This document shows positions 24,607-35,143 of a stretch of DNA of 50,445 nucleotides, piece after piece (position 1 is the stretch's first letter; each line of letters opens with the position of its first letter). A model generated the notes under the pieces. That model was not told where the DNA came from. It was given only the letters and a program-made list of their open reading frames with translations, and did no database searches. The translations under genes and the position numbers were made by a program. Origin of the DNA: a virus (taxonomy: Duplodnaviria > Heunggongvirae > Uroviricota > Caudoviricetes); IMG/VR virus record IMGVR_UViG_3300030339_000005. The stretch is one strand, 5' to 3'.

Positions 24607-24635
24607 GAGGGAGTCCATATTGGGCTCCCTTTTTT
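24607..24635 (+). terminator. Rho-independent terminator closing the tRNA array
   Basis: GAGGGAGTCC-ATATT-GGGCTCCCTT followed by T run. Confidence 0.8.
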
Positions 24636-24665
24636 ATTAATTATTTTTTTTTAAATCACAGAGTT

Positions 24666-25061
24666 ATGATTACATCTAAGCATTTGTTGTCGCTGAAAGA
24701 TTTCCAAACAGTACTCGTAGAGTACCTTCGTAAAAAGGACAAATTTGTTCCTTACATCAAAGAAACTGAAATGGGACTCGTTCCTGAAATTGCCTACATG
24801 AAAGGCCAAATTTACGGTATTGTTGTTTCAATTGGCCCAGGTCTTATTGGCTGGGCACTATGTGACCGAAAGGACACATTTAGTAAAGAATATGGTATTC
24901 ACCTGGCTTTACAACGCGCTCGCATTGCTACAAGTCTTTCCCTTCGTGAAAGACGCCGTTTCTACAGCAAAATTCCCACTTCCTTAGGCGAATTGTTCGA
25001 TAAAATGGACGATCGCTCTGAAAAGTATTTCAAAATTGACGACGATTCTTCAGACGAATAA
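24666..25061 (+). CDS. Hypothetical protein
   Basis: GW.LC...D.FSK..G...AL.RA pattern. Confidence 0.65.
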   Translation: MITSKHLLSLKDFQTVLVEYLRKKDKFVPYIKETEMGLVPEIAYMKGQIYGIVVSIGPGLIGWALCDRKDTFSKEYGIHLALQRARIATSLSLRERRRFYSKIPTSLGELFDKMDDRSEKYFKIDDDSSDE

Positions 25062-25064
25062 ATT

Positions 25065-25397
25065 ATGCTGACTATCAAAGACAAAGAGTTTGAGATGGTA
25101 CAAGTAAAGGGCACTCCATTTTTTAATCTAAGCATTTTAACTCCTATCAATCTTGGTAAAGAGAATGAAAGGATGGAAATGAAATTACTAGGTTATGGAT
25201 TGCCCTTTGAAACCTGTCTACAAACTATGGTAAGTATCAAACTTAGTCATAAGGAAGATACATGTACCGTGCTAGAATACATAAGTTTGTATAAAGCCAC
25301 TGTAGAAGAGATATCAAAGCTAATTTCAGAAGAGGAAACACAACCTATCGAACCTGGCCTTACCGACACAGAACATGAAAACACTCACGATTGTTAG
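25065..25397 (+). CDS. Hypothetical protein
   Basis: ORF. Confidence 0.6.
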   Translation: MLTIKDKEFEMVQVKGTPFFNLSILTPINLGKENERMEMKLLGYGLPFETCLQTMVSIKLSHKEDTCTVLEYISLYKATVEEISKLISEEETQPIEPGLTDTEHENTHDC

Positions 25398-25626
25398 ATC
25401 TATTGAACATGCCACATTAGTTGATTGTGGCTCAGTCCTTCTTAGAAAAGGGACAATTCTTGTAAAAAACAATGATAGTATTATTGGATTCATTATGTAT
25501 AATGAAAGAGATGATACTTGGGAAATGTTTCTTAATGGAGAATTTGTAACTTCAACTGATGAATTTATCGAATTTTTTGAGCCGGAATATGCTCAATACA
25601 CTTACCAATTATCTATTCAAAATTAA
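25375..25626 (+). CDS. Hypothetical protein (resembles 32668..32931)
   Basis: G.I.V......IGF.....D.W pattern shared. Confidence 0.55.
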   Translation: MKTLTIVRSIEHATLVDCGSVLLRKGTILVKNNDSIIGFIMYNERDDTWEMFLNGEFVTSTDEFIEFFEPEYAQYTYQLSIQN

Positions 25627-25631
25627 AAATT

Positions 25632-25988
25632 ATGGCTATTAAATTATCCACACAACAAGTAGAAGCTCTTAGAAATAAGATCTATCAGGAACTTCATGCA
25701 GCAGTTGCTGCGCACAATGAAGCTGTTAAAGAATCAGCAGCGTATAAAGAATTTGAATTCCAAGATCCAGATTGTATTGCGTTAGTCAAAATGTCGCAAA
25801 GACGTCCGGAAGTTAAGGTACGTGATTTTGAATCTTTAATTCAAGATATCAAAATCGCAACTTTTGCATCACAGTTTAAAACATATCCTCAGAACTATGA
25901 CATTCAAAATGCCATTATTTTAGCTACTATTGATGCAGCTGACCTAACGACATTAATTGAGGCTGTAACTGCTCAATTTAAGAAATAA
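25632..25988 (+). CDS. Hypothetical protein
   Basis: ORF. Confidence 0.6.
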   Translation: MAIKLSTQQVEALRNKIYQELHAAVAAHNEAVKESAAYKEFEFQDPDCIALVKMSQRRPEVKVRDFESLIQDIKIATFASQFKTYPQNYDIQNAIILATIDAADLTTLIEAVTAQFKK

Positions 25989-26272
25989 TGTCTATAGTAG
26001 TCGGCAAAATTGAGGAGTATGATGTACTCTATATTCCTGAGAAGGATGTCTTGTTTTGCAAGAATACTACTGTTTCTTATGATTTGCTTAAAGCTGCATT
26101 AATTGACAGAAAATTTGATCGAACTCAACTAAAAGCAGACCTTGTGTTGTCTGTTGATTCCGAAATAGTAACCTTAGGTTGCTTAAACACAAACTTAGAA
26201 AACTGCGAAAGTATTTACCAAACCATAAAAAAGATTAAGAATGGCACAAGATTTAGTAAAAAGTCGGATTAA
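25988..26272 (+). CDS. Hypothetical protein
   Basis: Coupled ORF. Confidence 0.6.
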   Translation: MSIVVGKIEEYDVLYIPEKDVLFCKNTTVSYDLLKAALIDRKFDRTQLKADLVLSVDSEIVTLGCLNTNLENCESIYQTIKKIKNGTRFSKKSD

Positions 26273-27644
26273 CAAGTACGACCAACAAATGAAACAAAAG
26301 CTGGTTGAGCTGGGTAATAGTAAGAAGTCTTACAACAATATCCTGCAGTACCTGAACGATGAGATCCAGAAATCAACCAAAATGAGTACCTTTAACTATA
26401 GCATCCTTTGTTTTAAGAACGATGGTGTTTATCAGTTAAACAAAGCCATTGAAGAGGTCTATGGAGTTTCTCAAGGTAAAGGTGCTGAACAACCATCTGG
26501 TGGTGAAGGAAAGCTGGAAACAGTTGATGTCATCTTAGCTGATGGTACACGTTTGAAAGTTCCTTATGGAACAATTGCTCTTCCGGAAGCTGGTGATGGC
26601 GCTTGCATCAAGATTCAGTATCATAATGAAAAGCATTTATTGCTTATCTCTGGACAATGTCAATTTCGTTTTGCCTCTATGATTGATGAAATCGTGGAAA
26701 AGACAAAAGAATTACTTTCCAGCAACTCTGTGTACAAGAATCAAGCAATTGAATTGACTGCTGATTGTCAACCAAAGATCATGGATGTAACAGCAATTGA
26801 CAAAGAATTCATGGTTCTCTCCGATAGAACTGAATATGAACTTCAACCTCTTCGTGCTCGTCTATTGAATTCAGCAATGTGTATTTCCAAAGGCATCTCA
26901 TTGAAATATGGTTGTTTGATGGAAGGCCCTTATGGCACTGGTAAAACTCTTCTGGCTTTTAAGCTAGCGAAGGATGCCGTTGATCATAACTGGATCTTTA
27001 TGTATTTGAAGAATCCGGAATTATTGGCTGAAACATTGCGTCTTGCCAAGGTAATTGACAAGAATGGCAATGGTGTTGTTATCTTCGTTGAAGATATTGA
27101 CCAAGTAACCAGAGGTAACAGAAATACTGCTATGCAGGATATTCTTAATACTCTGGATGGTGGGGATTCCAAGCAGATGAATGTAATTTCTCTGTTCACC
27201 ACAAATCATATTGAACTGATTGAGCCTACTTTCCTGAGAGGGAAACGTATTGGTTCAATTATCTCTCTTGGTTTCTTGGATAAGAAGACTGCTCAAAAGT
27301 TCATTGAATTTGCTTTCCAAAAGGATGGCTATACAATTAACCCACAGGGTATGGAAAAGGTTTATGACCTCATTGAACAGAGCGATATCGCTCCAGCCTT
27401 TATGGCTGAAATTACGGAATCTGTGAAATCTCACATGATCCTAAGTGAAAGCAATGAAGTACAATCTGACTATATCATGAACAGTGTTCAAGCATATTTG
27501 CGTCAGGTAGATCTTTCTCGTAAGAAAGATATGTCTGAAACAAATGATATGAAGCTAGTTGCTTCATTAAAAGCTGCTGTCATCGAAGAATTTCGTGACG
27601 AGATGAGAGGTTTGTTGAAAGACATTAAGACTCTTGTTGAATAG
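26241..27644 (+). CDS. AAA+ ATPase
   Basis: GPYGTGKT, IFVEDID, TTNH, LRGKR. Confidence 0.88.
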   Translation: MAQDLVKSRINKYDQQMKQKLVELGNSKKSYNNILQYLNDEIQKSTKMSTFNYSILCFKNDGVYQLNKAIEEVYGVSQGKGAEQPSGGEGKLETVDVILADGTRLKVPYGTIALPEAGDGACIKIQYHNEKHLLLISGQCQFRFASMIDEIVEKTKELLSSNSVYKNQAIELTADCQPKIMDVTAIDKEFMVLSDRTEYELQPLRARLLNSAMCISKGISLKYGCLMEGPYGTGKTLLAFKLAKDAVDHNWIFMYLKNPELLAETLRLAKVIDKNGNGVVIFVEDIDQVTRGNRNTAMQDILNTLDGGDSKQMNVISLFTTNHIELIEPTFLRGKRIGSIISLGFLDKKTAQKFIEFAFQKDGYTINPQGMEKVYDLIEQSDIAPAFMAEITESVKSHMILSESNEVQSDYIMNSVQAYLRQVDLSRKKDMSETNDMKLVASLKAAVIEEFRDEMRGLLKDIKTLVE

Positions 27645-27648
27645 TAGC

Positions 27649-27683
27649 ATAGGGAGAGCCTTTATGGTTCTCCCTATTTTTTT
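27649..27683 (+). terminator. Rho-independent terminator
   Basis: ATAGGGAGAGCC-TTTAT-GGTTCTCCCTAT followed by T run. Confidence 0.85.
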
Positions 27684-27701
27684 AACATTTAAATTTAATC
27701 T

Positions 27702-28016
27702 ATGATTATTGAGGAAGCAGATTTCAAGATTGTACAAGATGGCAATAGCTATACTCTATATTGTCTTAAATCTAAAAAAGAATTAGAAACTAACTCAACA
27801 GATAAATTTAAAATTGGTGGATATTATACAACATTTGATGGAGCATTAAAAGGTGCTGCAACATTTAGAAAGAGTAAGAAGTATCCTGGAAAAGAATTAT
27901 CTACAACGCTTACAGCTTCTTTAAAAGAATATAAGCAAAGTAAAGAAACTTTCAAAACCTTAGTGAGTAAGGTTTATCAACCTATTTTTGAACTAAAAGA
28001 TAAATTGAAATTATGA
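27702..28016 (+). CDS. Hypothetical protein
   Basis: ORF; ATGA overlap. Confidence 0.6.
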   Translation: MIIEEADFKIVQDGNSYTLYCLKSKKELETNSTDKFKIGGYYTTFDGALKGAATFRKSKKYPGKELSTTLTASLKEYKQSKETFKTLVSKVYQPIFELKDKLKL

Positions 28017-28222
28017 CTATTACTACTGAATTTTCAGTTCCTGACTCTGTTTTTGTTCTAAATGGACAAGTTCGCCAAGGCGAAGTTGCAGAAGTTAAAG
28101 TTTCTTCATCAGCTAATAAACAAATCGTTACTTATATGGTAAAGATTGGAGAAAATGATTATGCTCTTGTTGATGAGAATCGTATTGGTAAAACAAAAGA
28201 AGAATTATTGAAAAAATTATGA
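28013..28222 (+). CDS. Small SH3-like protein
   Basis: ORF ending TKEELL; ATGA overlap. Confidence 0.6.
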   Translation: MTITTEFSVPDSVFVLNGQVRQGEVAEVKVSSSANKQIVTYMVKIGENDYALVDENRIGKTKEELLKKL

Positions 28223-28935
28223 GTAAAGTAAGAATCTGCGCAATCAGTGATATGCATGGAATTTTACCTGAAAATATTGAACCTTGTGATATTTTATTTA
28301 TTGGTGGGGATATTAGTCCATTTGACATACAGTTAAATATGTTAGCTATGCGAGAATGGATCACTACGACCTTCGCATACTGGATTAATAGTCTACCAGT
28401 AGATAAAGTATACCTAGTACCTGGAAATCATGATTTCTATTTTCAAGGACTAGCGAGATATAAGTTACTCGAGTTTTTACAAAGTACTCACTTTAAAGTG
28501 TGTGTTTTAGAAAATGAATCGGCTTTATATAGATGTGAGGATGGGTCCAGGATAAGTATCTTTGGAACACCTTATTGTCATATATTTGGTAGATGGGCTT
28601 ATATGAGGGCGCCTGATTATTTAAAAGAGGCTTTTTCTGAAATTCCTGAAGAAGTGGATATTATTCTAGCACATGATGCACCTTTTAATGTAGGTGGACA
28701 AGATGTTATGACTGAATTACCACGACATAGAGAACAACCTGGGCATATTGGCAACCCGGAACTAGCTGAGAGGCTGGGCCAAATAAAATATAAATGGTTA
28801 ATACATGGCCATATTCATAGCTCTGAACATATTCCAGAAGAATTCAATGGGGGTTTAGTAGTAAACGTAAGTTTAATGAATGAAGAATGTAGCGATCTTA
28901 TTTACGAACCTTTTTATTTCGAATTTGAGACATGA
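28219..28935 (+). CDS. Calcineurin-like metallophosphoesterase
   Basis: SDMHG, GGDI, GNHD, GHIH. Confidence 0.9.
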   Translation: MSKVRICAISDMHGILPENIEPCDILFIGGDISPFDIQLNMLAMREWITTTFAYWINSLPVDKVYLVPGNHDFYFQGLARYKLLEFLQSTHFKVCVLENESALYRCEDGSRISIFGTPYCHIFGRWAYMRAPDYLKEAFSEIPEEVDIILAHDAPFNVGGQDVMTELPRHREQPGHIGNPELAERLGQIKYKWLIHGHIHSSEHIPEEFNGGLVVNVSLMNEECSDLIYEPFYFEFET

Positions 28936-28953
28936 AACACATTAATTTTATAA

Positions 28954-29550
28954 ATGATGAATAGGACTTGGATAATGAGCGATACTCATTATGGACATAT
29001 AAACATCTGTTATGGTACCTCTCGTTGGAAAGATAAAGAAGTATCATGTCATCGCTTTAACACTGTTGAAGAGATGAATGATGCCATTGTAAAATCTATC
29101 AATGATGTAGTAGATCAAACAGATATAATCTATTTCTTAGGAGATTGGTCTATGTCTGGTGTTGAGAACATCTATAAATTTTTCTCACGCTTAATTTGCA
29201 AGAATATTTTCTTTGTTCCTGGAAATCATGATGAGCATATAATTAAAAATCATCTAAGTTTGGGCATAGCTCCAGAAGATATGTTTCATATTCTTCCAGA
29301 GTTATATACTTTGTATTATCGTGGTTATAAATTTATTTTATCTCATTATCCTATTGAACAGTGGAAAGATATGGGTAAGGGAGCTATTCATTTACATGGG
29401 CATACGCATCATGTTCTTGATAAGTCAGTAGATAATACTAAATACAAACGAATGGATGTTGGGTGGAAACCTACTGGTCCATGGCTTCTTGATGATATCA
29501 TTGAAATAATGGATAAACGGGAAGTTAAACAACATTGTGAGAATGATTGA
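28954..29550 (+). CDS. Calcineurin-like metallophosphoesterase
   Basis: SDTHYGH, LGDW, GNHD, HYP, HGHTH. Confidence 0.9.
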   Translation: MMNRTWIMSDTHYGHINICYGTSRWKDKEVSCHRFNTVEEMNDAIVKSINDVVDQTDIIYFLGDWSMSGVENIYKFFSRLICKNIFFVPGNHDEHIIKNHLSLGIAPEDMFHILPELYTLYYRGYKFILSHYPIEQWKDMGKGAIHLHGHTHHVLDKSVDNTKYKRMDVGWKPTGPWLLDDIIEIMDKREVKQHCEND

Positions 29551-29938
29551 AATTTATGCTGATGGTGCTTATTCTTCTTCGAGAGATCGAGGAGGATGGG
29601 CATTTGTTGTAGTAAAGGATGGAGTTAAAATACATTCAACTTTTTATCCGATAGATAGTACCACAAATAATAGGATGGAAATACAAGCAGCAATTGAAGC
29701 CTGTGCTTGGGCTAAGTTAAATGGATATAGTGATATAACTGTTTATACTGACTCTATGTATGTCATTGGGACAATGACATTAAATTGGAAACGCAAGAAA
29801 AACCATGATCTTTGGGCTCTATTAGACCCTTTGGCAAATGAGCTTAATATTACATGGACACATGTAAGAGGCCATAGTGGAGATAAATATAACGAATTAT
29901 GTGATGCACTAGCTGTATCCGCAACTCACGCAAATTAA
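29537..29938 (+). CDS. rnhA: Ribonuclease HI
   Basis: YADGA, TTNNRME, TDSMYV, HVRGHSG...NE..D.LA. Confidence 0.93.
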   Translation: MRMIEIYADGAYSSSRDRGGWAFVVVKDGVKIHSTFYPIDSTTNNRMEIQAAIEACAWAKLNGYSDITVYTDSMYVIGTMTLNWKRKKNHDLWALLDPLANELNITWTHVRGHSGDKYNELCDALAVSATHAN

Positions 29939-29943
29939 ACCTT

Positions 29944-30504
29944 ATGATAAGAACCATTGTAGAAGAAAGAACTAAGAATGTAGCCGTAATGGATGTCTTC
30001 TCTAAATTAATTCAGGAACGAATTATATTTATTGATGAGGAGATAGACTCAGAATTAGCTAACGGTGTTATTGCCCAAATGATTTATTTAGATTCCGTAG
30101 ATAGTAAGAAACCAATTAATGTTTATATTAATACTCCAGGTGGTAGTGTATACGATGGATTAGCAATATATGATATTAGTAGACTAATTAAAGCACCAAT
30201 TCGTACTGTTAGTATGGGATTAGTTGCATCTATGGGAATTATTTTAATGCTTATGGGGACAGAAAGATGTGCAACAAAAAATTGTGCATTTATGATTCAT
30301 CAGCCATCGACTATGGCATATGGTCCAGCAGCAGATATTGAAATTACTGCTAAGATGATTATTTCATTGAAGGAAAAAATGTTTCAGATAATCTCTGAAC
30401 ATACTGGACAACCGGCTGATAAAATTAAAACTGATGCGGAGCGTGATTATTGGCTAAGTGTTGATGAGGCTAAAGAGTATGGACTTATAACAAAGATTCT
30501 ATAA
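29944..30504 (+). CDS. clpP: ATP-dependent Clp protease proteolytic subunit
   Basis: YINTPGG, GLVASMG (Ser), MIHQP (His), ERDYW (Asp). Confidence 0.93.
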   Translation: MIRTIVEERTKNVAVMDVFSKLIQERIIFIDEEIDSELANGVIAQMIYLDSVDSKKPINVYINTPGGSVYDGLAIYDISRLIKAPIRTVSMGLVASMGIILMLMGTERCATKNCAFMIHQPSTMAYGPAADIEITAKMIISLKEKMFQIISEHTGQPADKIKTDAERDYWLSVDEAKEYGLITKIL

Positions 30505-30505
30505 A

Positions 30506-30829
30506 ATGGCCACAGCATTACCAGAATACACTACATATATAAAGAATGGACAAACTGTATTGGTTGATTCATCTCATCTATTTGTGTATCAAACCTGCGT
30601 TTATGCTTTTTACAAAGGATACTTTTCTCTTTGTAATTCACAGTTTTATTCTTGTCATAAAGAAATCCAAGGAGTTGTGGGCTCCTTTTTTAAAACACCA
30701 CATATCCAGATTTGCTCAGAGCTGTTCGCAGCTCCAGAAAAATGGTTAATAGATAATGAGTATGTGATATACTCACGACCTGAAAAGATAAGCAAAGTTA
30801 AACACAACATTGAAGGTAATGACGGATAG
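30506..30829 (+). CDS. Hypothetical protein
   Basis: ORF. Confidence 0.5.
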   Translation: MATALPEYTTYIKNGQTVLVDSSHLFVYQTCVYAFYKGYFSLCNSQFYSCHKEIQGVVGSFFKTPHIQICSELFAAPEKWLIDNEYVIYSRPEKISKVKHNIEGNDG

Positions 30830-31328
30830 AAAATTATCACTCATAAGTCCTCAAATCGGTGAACTGCTTGTAAAACAAATTGCACATGAGTTAAAGAATT
30901 TTAGTCTTTATATGAGTTATGCAAATTATTTTTCTGTAGATGGAATAACTGATCTTGAAGAATATTACAGAAAACGCGCACATGAAGAATTAAATCACCA
31001 TCAATGGATTATGGACTATTTGTCTGATGGTGATTATGCATTTATATATCCTGCTGTCGAGCAAAACTCAGAAAAAATTACCAGTCAAATGGTACCTTTT
31101 GGTCAAACAGTTGTAAGAGAAATTCAAACAACTCAATTGCTATATGCTATATATGAAGCCTCTCTTGCAGAAAAAGATTATATGACAGCATCTTGGTTAT
31201 ATGAAAAATTAATCAAGGAGCAAATTGAAGAGGAAAATACGAGTAGGATGGCTGTAACAATTATGGAAGAGGAAACTCGTAACATTTTTGATAAAGCTGA
31301 GAGTGTACTTGAACTATTAGAATCTTAA
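30819..31328 (+). CDS. Ferritin-like protein
   Basis: QI.HE..Y, EE..H, E, EQ.EEE ferroxidase ligands. Confidence 0.85.
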   Translation: MTDRKLSLISPQIGELLVKQIAHELKNFSLYMSYANYFSVDGITDLEEYYRKRAHEELNHHQWIMDYLSDGDYAFIYPAVEQNSEKITSQMVPFGQTVVREIQTTQLLYAIYEASLAEKDYMTASWLYEKLIKEQIEEENTSRMAVTIMEEETRNIFDKAESVLELLES

Positions 31329-31511
31329 ATGGAATATTTGATTTTTGATTTTGATGGAGAACTTATTGATGTTCTTCATTTTGAATCTGATAAATCAGTA
31401 GCCGAATACAAAGCTGCCAATTTAAATTATGTTGTTCTTAGTGCTGAAGATACTATTCTTAATGAAGATGGTATATTTGTTTCTGAGGATGATGAAGATT
31501 TGGAAGAATGA
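31329..31511 (+). CDS. Small acidic protein
   Basis: ORF; ATGA overlap. Confidence 0.5.
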   Translation: MEYLIFDFDGELIDVLHFESDKSVAEYKAANLNYVVLSAEDTILNEDGIFVSEDDEDLEE

Positions 31512-31807
31512 CAGAATTTGTAAGAGAGGTTGAATTAGTTGCCCATAGGGATGACACTTATACGATTTATGTATTTAAAATTGTTAATACAAATGAATAC
31601 ATTTTTTGTACAAGGTTACCTAATTGGCAAGTACCAAGTATAGATGTTGGGGATACAGGATTTCTACAATATCAAATAGTAACTGCTGGAGAAGAATATT
31701 ATGATCCAGACACTAAGTCTAGAGGAGTATATGGTTACTCTAACATTTACTTTATGAATTTTGTAAGAAAAACAGATCTCGTTAAAAGTAAAGAAATAAC
31801 ATTGTAA
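31508..31807 (+). CDS. Hypothetical protein (possible OB fold)
   Basis: YVF......Y..CTR.PNW....I.VG..G.L. Confidence 0.6.
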   Translation: MTEFVREVELVAHRDDTYTIYVFKIVNTNEYIFCTRLPNWQVPSIDVGDTGFLQYQIVTAGEEYYDPDTKSRGVYGYSNIYFMNFVRKTDLVKSKEITL

Positions 31808-31810
31808 GAT

Positions 31811-32677
31811 ATGAGCGGAACGTTGATGGAAGAAAAACTAAAAGCAGCGATTGAAAATAAGAAAGTTGACTTAAATAGTTTTATTTGGAAAGGAAATAAA
31901 GTATTAGATTCCACCGGAAAATATAAGCAGTCAGAGAAGAAACTAACTTCTATGGCCGAATACGAATTAAATAGTTGTTATGAACACTGTAAAACTATGC
32001 TATTTAACAAGGATTTACAAAATCCTGGTAGATATGTAGTTTTAGAAGAAATAGCAGATCAAAAAGATAGATGTGGGGCAGAATTATTTTTACGTCACGT
32101 TGACCAACGTAACGGTTTAAGTAGATTCACACTTCTTGGATCAATAAATGAGTTCTTAAAGAATAACAAAGAGGCGCTTAAGAACGTAAAGCCTGTAGTA
32201 GGCACTGTCTTTTCAAACACTCCAGCTGAGTTTGAAAAGATTCCATTAAATTTAATTATTGATGGATGTTTAGATCGGCTGGGCACATTTAACAAAAAAC
32301 ATATAACCAGAACTTTTATTTTAAAACAAGGGATTTGGTTAACCCCAACTGAATCAAAAGAATTAATTGAGTCTGATATCCAAGGAAATATTAGAGATAG
32401 AATTGAAGTTATTAGAGAGCGTTTAAATATAAAAGAGATTGAACATCTCTATATTAATTCGAAAGGATTAAATTATACTCAAATGCGAGCTATGCTTAAT
32501 ATTCGTCCTAATAAGAAATATATGGATTTAACAACTATGCAGTTAGAAACTTTAAGATATAGAATGTTATTCAATCTTGAAGAAACTGTTAAAGAACATA
32601 TAGCTGCTTGGGAAAGACGTATGGAAGAGATTGATTTAGTTGCCGATTATAAAGGATTTAAAGTACAATGTCAGTAA
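31811..32677 (+). CDS. Conserved hypothetical phage protein
   Basis: Long ORF upstream of polymerase. Confidence 0.7.
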   Translation: MSGTLMEEKLKAAIENKKVDLNSFIWKGNKVLDSTGKYKQSEKKLTSMAEYELNSCYEHCKTMLFNKDLQNPGRYVVLEEIADQKDRCGAELFLRHVDQRNGLSRFTLLGSINEFLKNNKEALKNVKPVVGTVFSNTPAEFEKIPLNLIIDGCLDRLGTFNKKHITRTFILKQGIWLTPTESKELIESDIQGNIRDRIEVIRERLNIKEIEHLYINSKGLNYTQMRAMLNIRPNKKYMDLTTMQLETLRYRMLFNLEETVKEHIAAWERRMEEIDLVADYKGFKVQCQ

Positions 32678-32931
32678 GAGTAATATCACAAGAAATGCAA
32701 GGGGATGGATTTATCTCCCCACAAGAAGTAGATAATGGAAAATATATTGGTTCAATCTTTGTCGTTGAAATGGATGAGCCTGATGAAGTAGTCGGATTTG
32801 TTTATCATGATGTAGACGATGATTATTGGATTATGGAAACGAGAGATTTCATATCTGATAAATTTGAATCATTTACTGATTTGTTTGAGAATTATCTCGA
32901 CGAAGAAGTTGAGCTATTTGTTAAAGAATAA
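32668..32931 (+). CDS. Hypothetical acidic protein
   Basis: ORF. Confidence 0.55.
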   Translation: MSVRVISQEMQGDGFISPQEVDNGKYIGSIFVVEMDEPDEVVGFVYHDVDDDYWIMETRDFISDKFESFTDLFENYLDEEVELFVKE

Positions 32932-32933
32932 TT

Positions 32934-34907
32934 ATGATTTACTTAGTAAGTAATCAGACTAATGCTTTTGGAGGAGAATTCACACAGATACCTCTTTTAG
33001 AAGCAATAGAAATGTTATCACATATTCAGTTTATTGGTGCAGATACCGAAACTGAAGGTCTAGATTGTTTTACTAAGAAGCTTTTAACTGTTCAATTAGG
33101 AAATGCTGAATTTCAAGTTGTTTTCGATATAGCATCGTATGAGGGTAAGATCCCTCAAGAATTAAAGTTTTTTCTAAATAACTTCGATGGGACGTTTATC
33201 CTGCAAAACGCAAAGTTTGATTTAAAATTCTTATATCGGCAAGGAGTTGTCTTGAAACATGTTTATGACACCATGTTAGTAGAGACTATTCTAACCATTG
33301 GATTACAGATGGCCGGTAGAGACTTAAAGACACTTTGTGAAAAGTATTGTCAAGTAGAACTTGACAAATCTATTCGAGGAGAAATAATTACAAAAGGGCT
33401 AAATGCCGCAGTTATTAGATATGCAGCATATGATGTTGTGTATTTAGAAGATATAATGACTAAACAAATGAGACAAGTCAACCACTTGCGTTTAAATAAC
33501 GCAGTCATACTTGATAATGAGTTTGTCAAAGTGTTAGCATATATCGAATATTGCGGAATTAAGCTTGATTGGAAAACATGGAAAGAAAAATCTTTAAGAG
33601 ACTTAGAAGTAGTCGCAGCAAAGAAGGAGGCTTTAGATGGATGGTTGTATGATCATAAACTAATGAAATATTTTAGTGGAATGCAAGATCTCTTTACAGG
33701 AAGAATGGATTGTATTCTGAACTGGAACTCTCCTTTACAAGTTGTAGAATTATTTGAATCTTTAGGGATTAACTGTACAACAGTTGATAAGGGAGTGTCT
33801 AAGAAAACAGCAGAAGAAAAAGCAATTGGGAAATATAAAGACCAATATCCTATTCTAAAATTATACTTTGAGTATAAAGCTGCTGTAAAATTAACATCAA
33901 CTTATGGATTAACTTGGGAAAGTATGATCAATCCGGTTACTCATAGAATTCATACAACCTTTCAGCAGATAATGAATACTGGAAGGTTATCGAGTGGTAA
34001 CATGAGAGAAAATAAACCTAATCTTCAAAATCTTCCTTCAGACCATTTAACCAGAGGTTGCTTTATTTCTGAAAAGGGATATAAGTATATTGCCGCTGAT
34101 TATTGTGCGCAGGAATCTATAATTCTGGCAGATTTCTCACAAGATGAGAGTCTGCTAGCATTTTATAGAAAGGGCTTTGAGGATATGCACAGCTATGTGA
34201 CTTTTCTTCTATTTCCAGAAGTACGAAGGTGCGCCCTCGACGATCTAACCAATGAGGAATTAATTTGGATTAAGAAGAATTTTAAGGAAAAGCGAAATAT
34301 TGCTAAAACTGCAGAGTTTGCAATTAACTATGGAGGTAATGGTAGTACTATCGCAAAAAACACAGGACAGAGTAAACAACAAGGAGAATTCGTCTATAAA
34401 AGTTATTTTGATGCCTTTTATAATTTAAAGACATATTATGACGTAGGTATGCAACAAGTAGAAAGGGATCACTATATCCTCTTTAATAATGTAACTGGTA
34501 GAAAATTGTTCTTTGGAGCAGAAGAGCCTTTTATAAAATATAAAGAAGATGTAGCAGATCCTTTCTTTTGGCAACGTCCAGATGCGAGAAGCATTCATGG
34601 TGAGTATACTAAAAGTAGATCTGAGGTACAGAGAAAGTCTCAGAATTATCGAATTCAAGGATCAGCAGCGGATTGTTCGAAATTAGCTGGCGTGATGTTT
34701 TTTAATCAACTAATTCAGCGTGGACTATTATTTACTGTGAAAATAGTAAATATGGTTCACGATGAATTTAATGTTGAAGCTCCTGACGAAATAGCAGAAG
34801 AAATGTCAGATTTACTAATTAAATGTATGTCAAAAGCTGGAGATCAATTTTGTAAAACAGTGCCTTTAACTGCAGAAGCAGAGATTGGTGATCATTGGAT
34901 ACATTAA
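32934..34907 (+). CDS. polA: Family A DNA polymerase (3'-5' exonuclease plus polymerase)
   Basis: DTETEG, NAKFD, YAAYDV, TGRLSS..PNLQN, ADYCAQE, R..AK...F...YG, IQGSAAD, VHDE. Confidence 0.95.
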   Translation: MIYLVSNQTNAFGGEFTQIPLLEAIEMLSHIQFIGADTETEGLDCFTKKLLTVQLGNAEFQVVFDIASYEGKIPQELKFFLNNFDGTFILQNAKFDLKFLYRQGVVLKHVYDTMLVETILTIGLQMAGRDLKTLCEKYCQVELDKSIRGEIITKGLNAAVIRYAAYDVVYLEDIMTKQMRQVNHLRLNNAVILDNEFVKVLAYIEYCGIKLDWKTWKEKSLRDLEVVAAKKEALDGWLYDHKLMKYFSGMQDLFTGRMDCILNWNSPLQVVELFESLGINCTTVDKGVSKKTAEEKAIGKYKDQYPILKLYFEYKAAVKLTSTYGLTWESMINPVTHRIHTTFQQIMNTGRLSSGNMRENKPNLQNLPSDHLTRGCFISEKGYKYIAADYCAQESIILADFSQDESLLAFYRKGFEDMHSYVTFLLFPEVRRCALDDLTNEELIWIKKNFKEKRNIAKTAEFAINYGGNGSTIAKNTGQSKQQGEFVYKSYFDAFYNLKTYYDVGMQQVERDHYILFNNVTGRKLFFGAEEPFIKYKEDVADPFFWQRPDARSIHGEYTKSRSEVQRKSQNYRIQGSAADCSKLAGVMFFNQLIQRGLLFTVKIVNMVHDEFNVEAPDEIAEEMSDLLIKCMSKAGDQFCKTVPLTAEAEIGDHWIH

Positions 34908-35143
34908 TGAAAACAAAAAAGAAAGTGAAAAAATTATACGAAATTGGAGCTGAAGTTTGGATTACACCAATTGACGGCGATCCAAGAGCAGCAAAAGTCG
35001 TAGGATATATTGATTATCCACGCGTTATCCCTATTGTTGAATTTATGGGCAAAACTGGTACTCTAGTAAAGAATTCTTTTGATTATGCAAGAATTTGTCA
35101 TTACAATGATAGACCAGAACATGAACTTTTTGAAAATGGATAA
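34907..35143 (+). CDS. Small SH3-like protein (paralog of next)
   Basis: Y.IG..VWI.P....PR.A...GY...YNDRP. Confidence 0.6.
   Translation: MKTKKKVKKLYEIGAEVWITPIDGDPRAAKVVGYIDYPRVIPIVEFMGKTGTLVKNSFDYARICHYNDRPEHELFENG

Noticed and set aside
23486-24654. ORFs 23486..23806 and 24445..24654, and N-terminal extensions of ORFs 15806, 16374, 18000, 19732, 21002, 23791
   Set aside because: They run through tRNA genes; better ATG starts exist downstream, or the ORF is incidental.
32934-34907. Intein or intron in PolA
   Set aside because: Motifs are contiguous in 657 aa with no splicing signatures.
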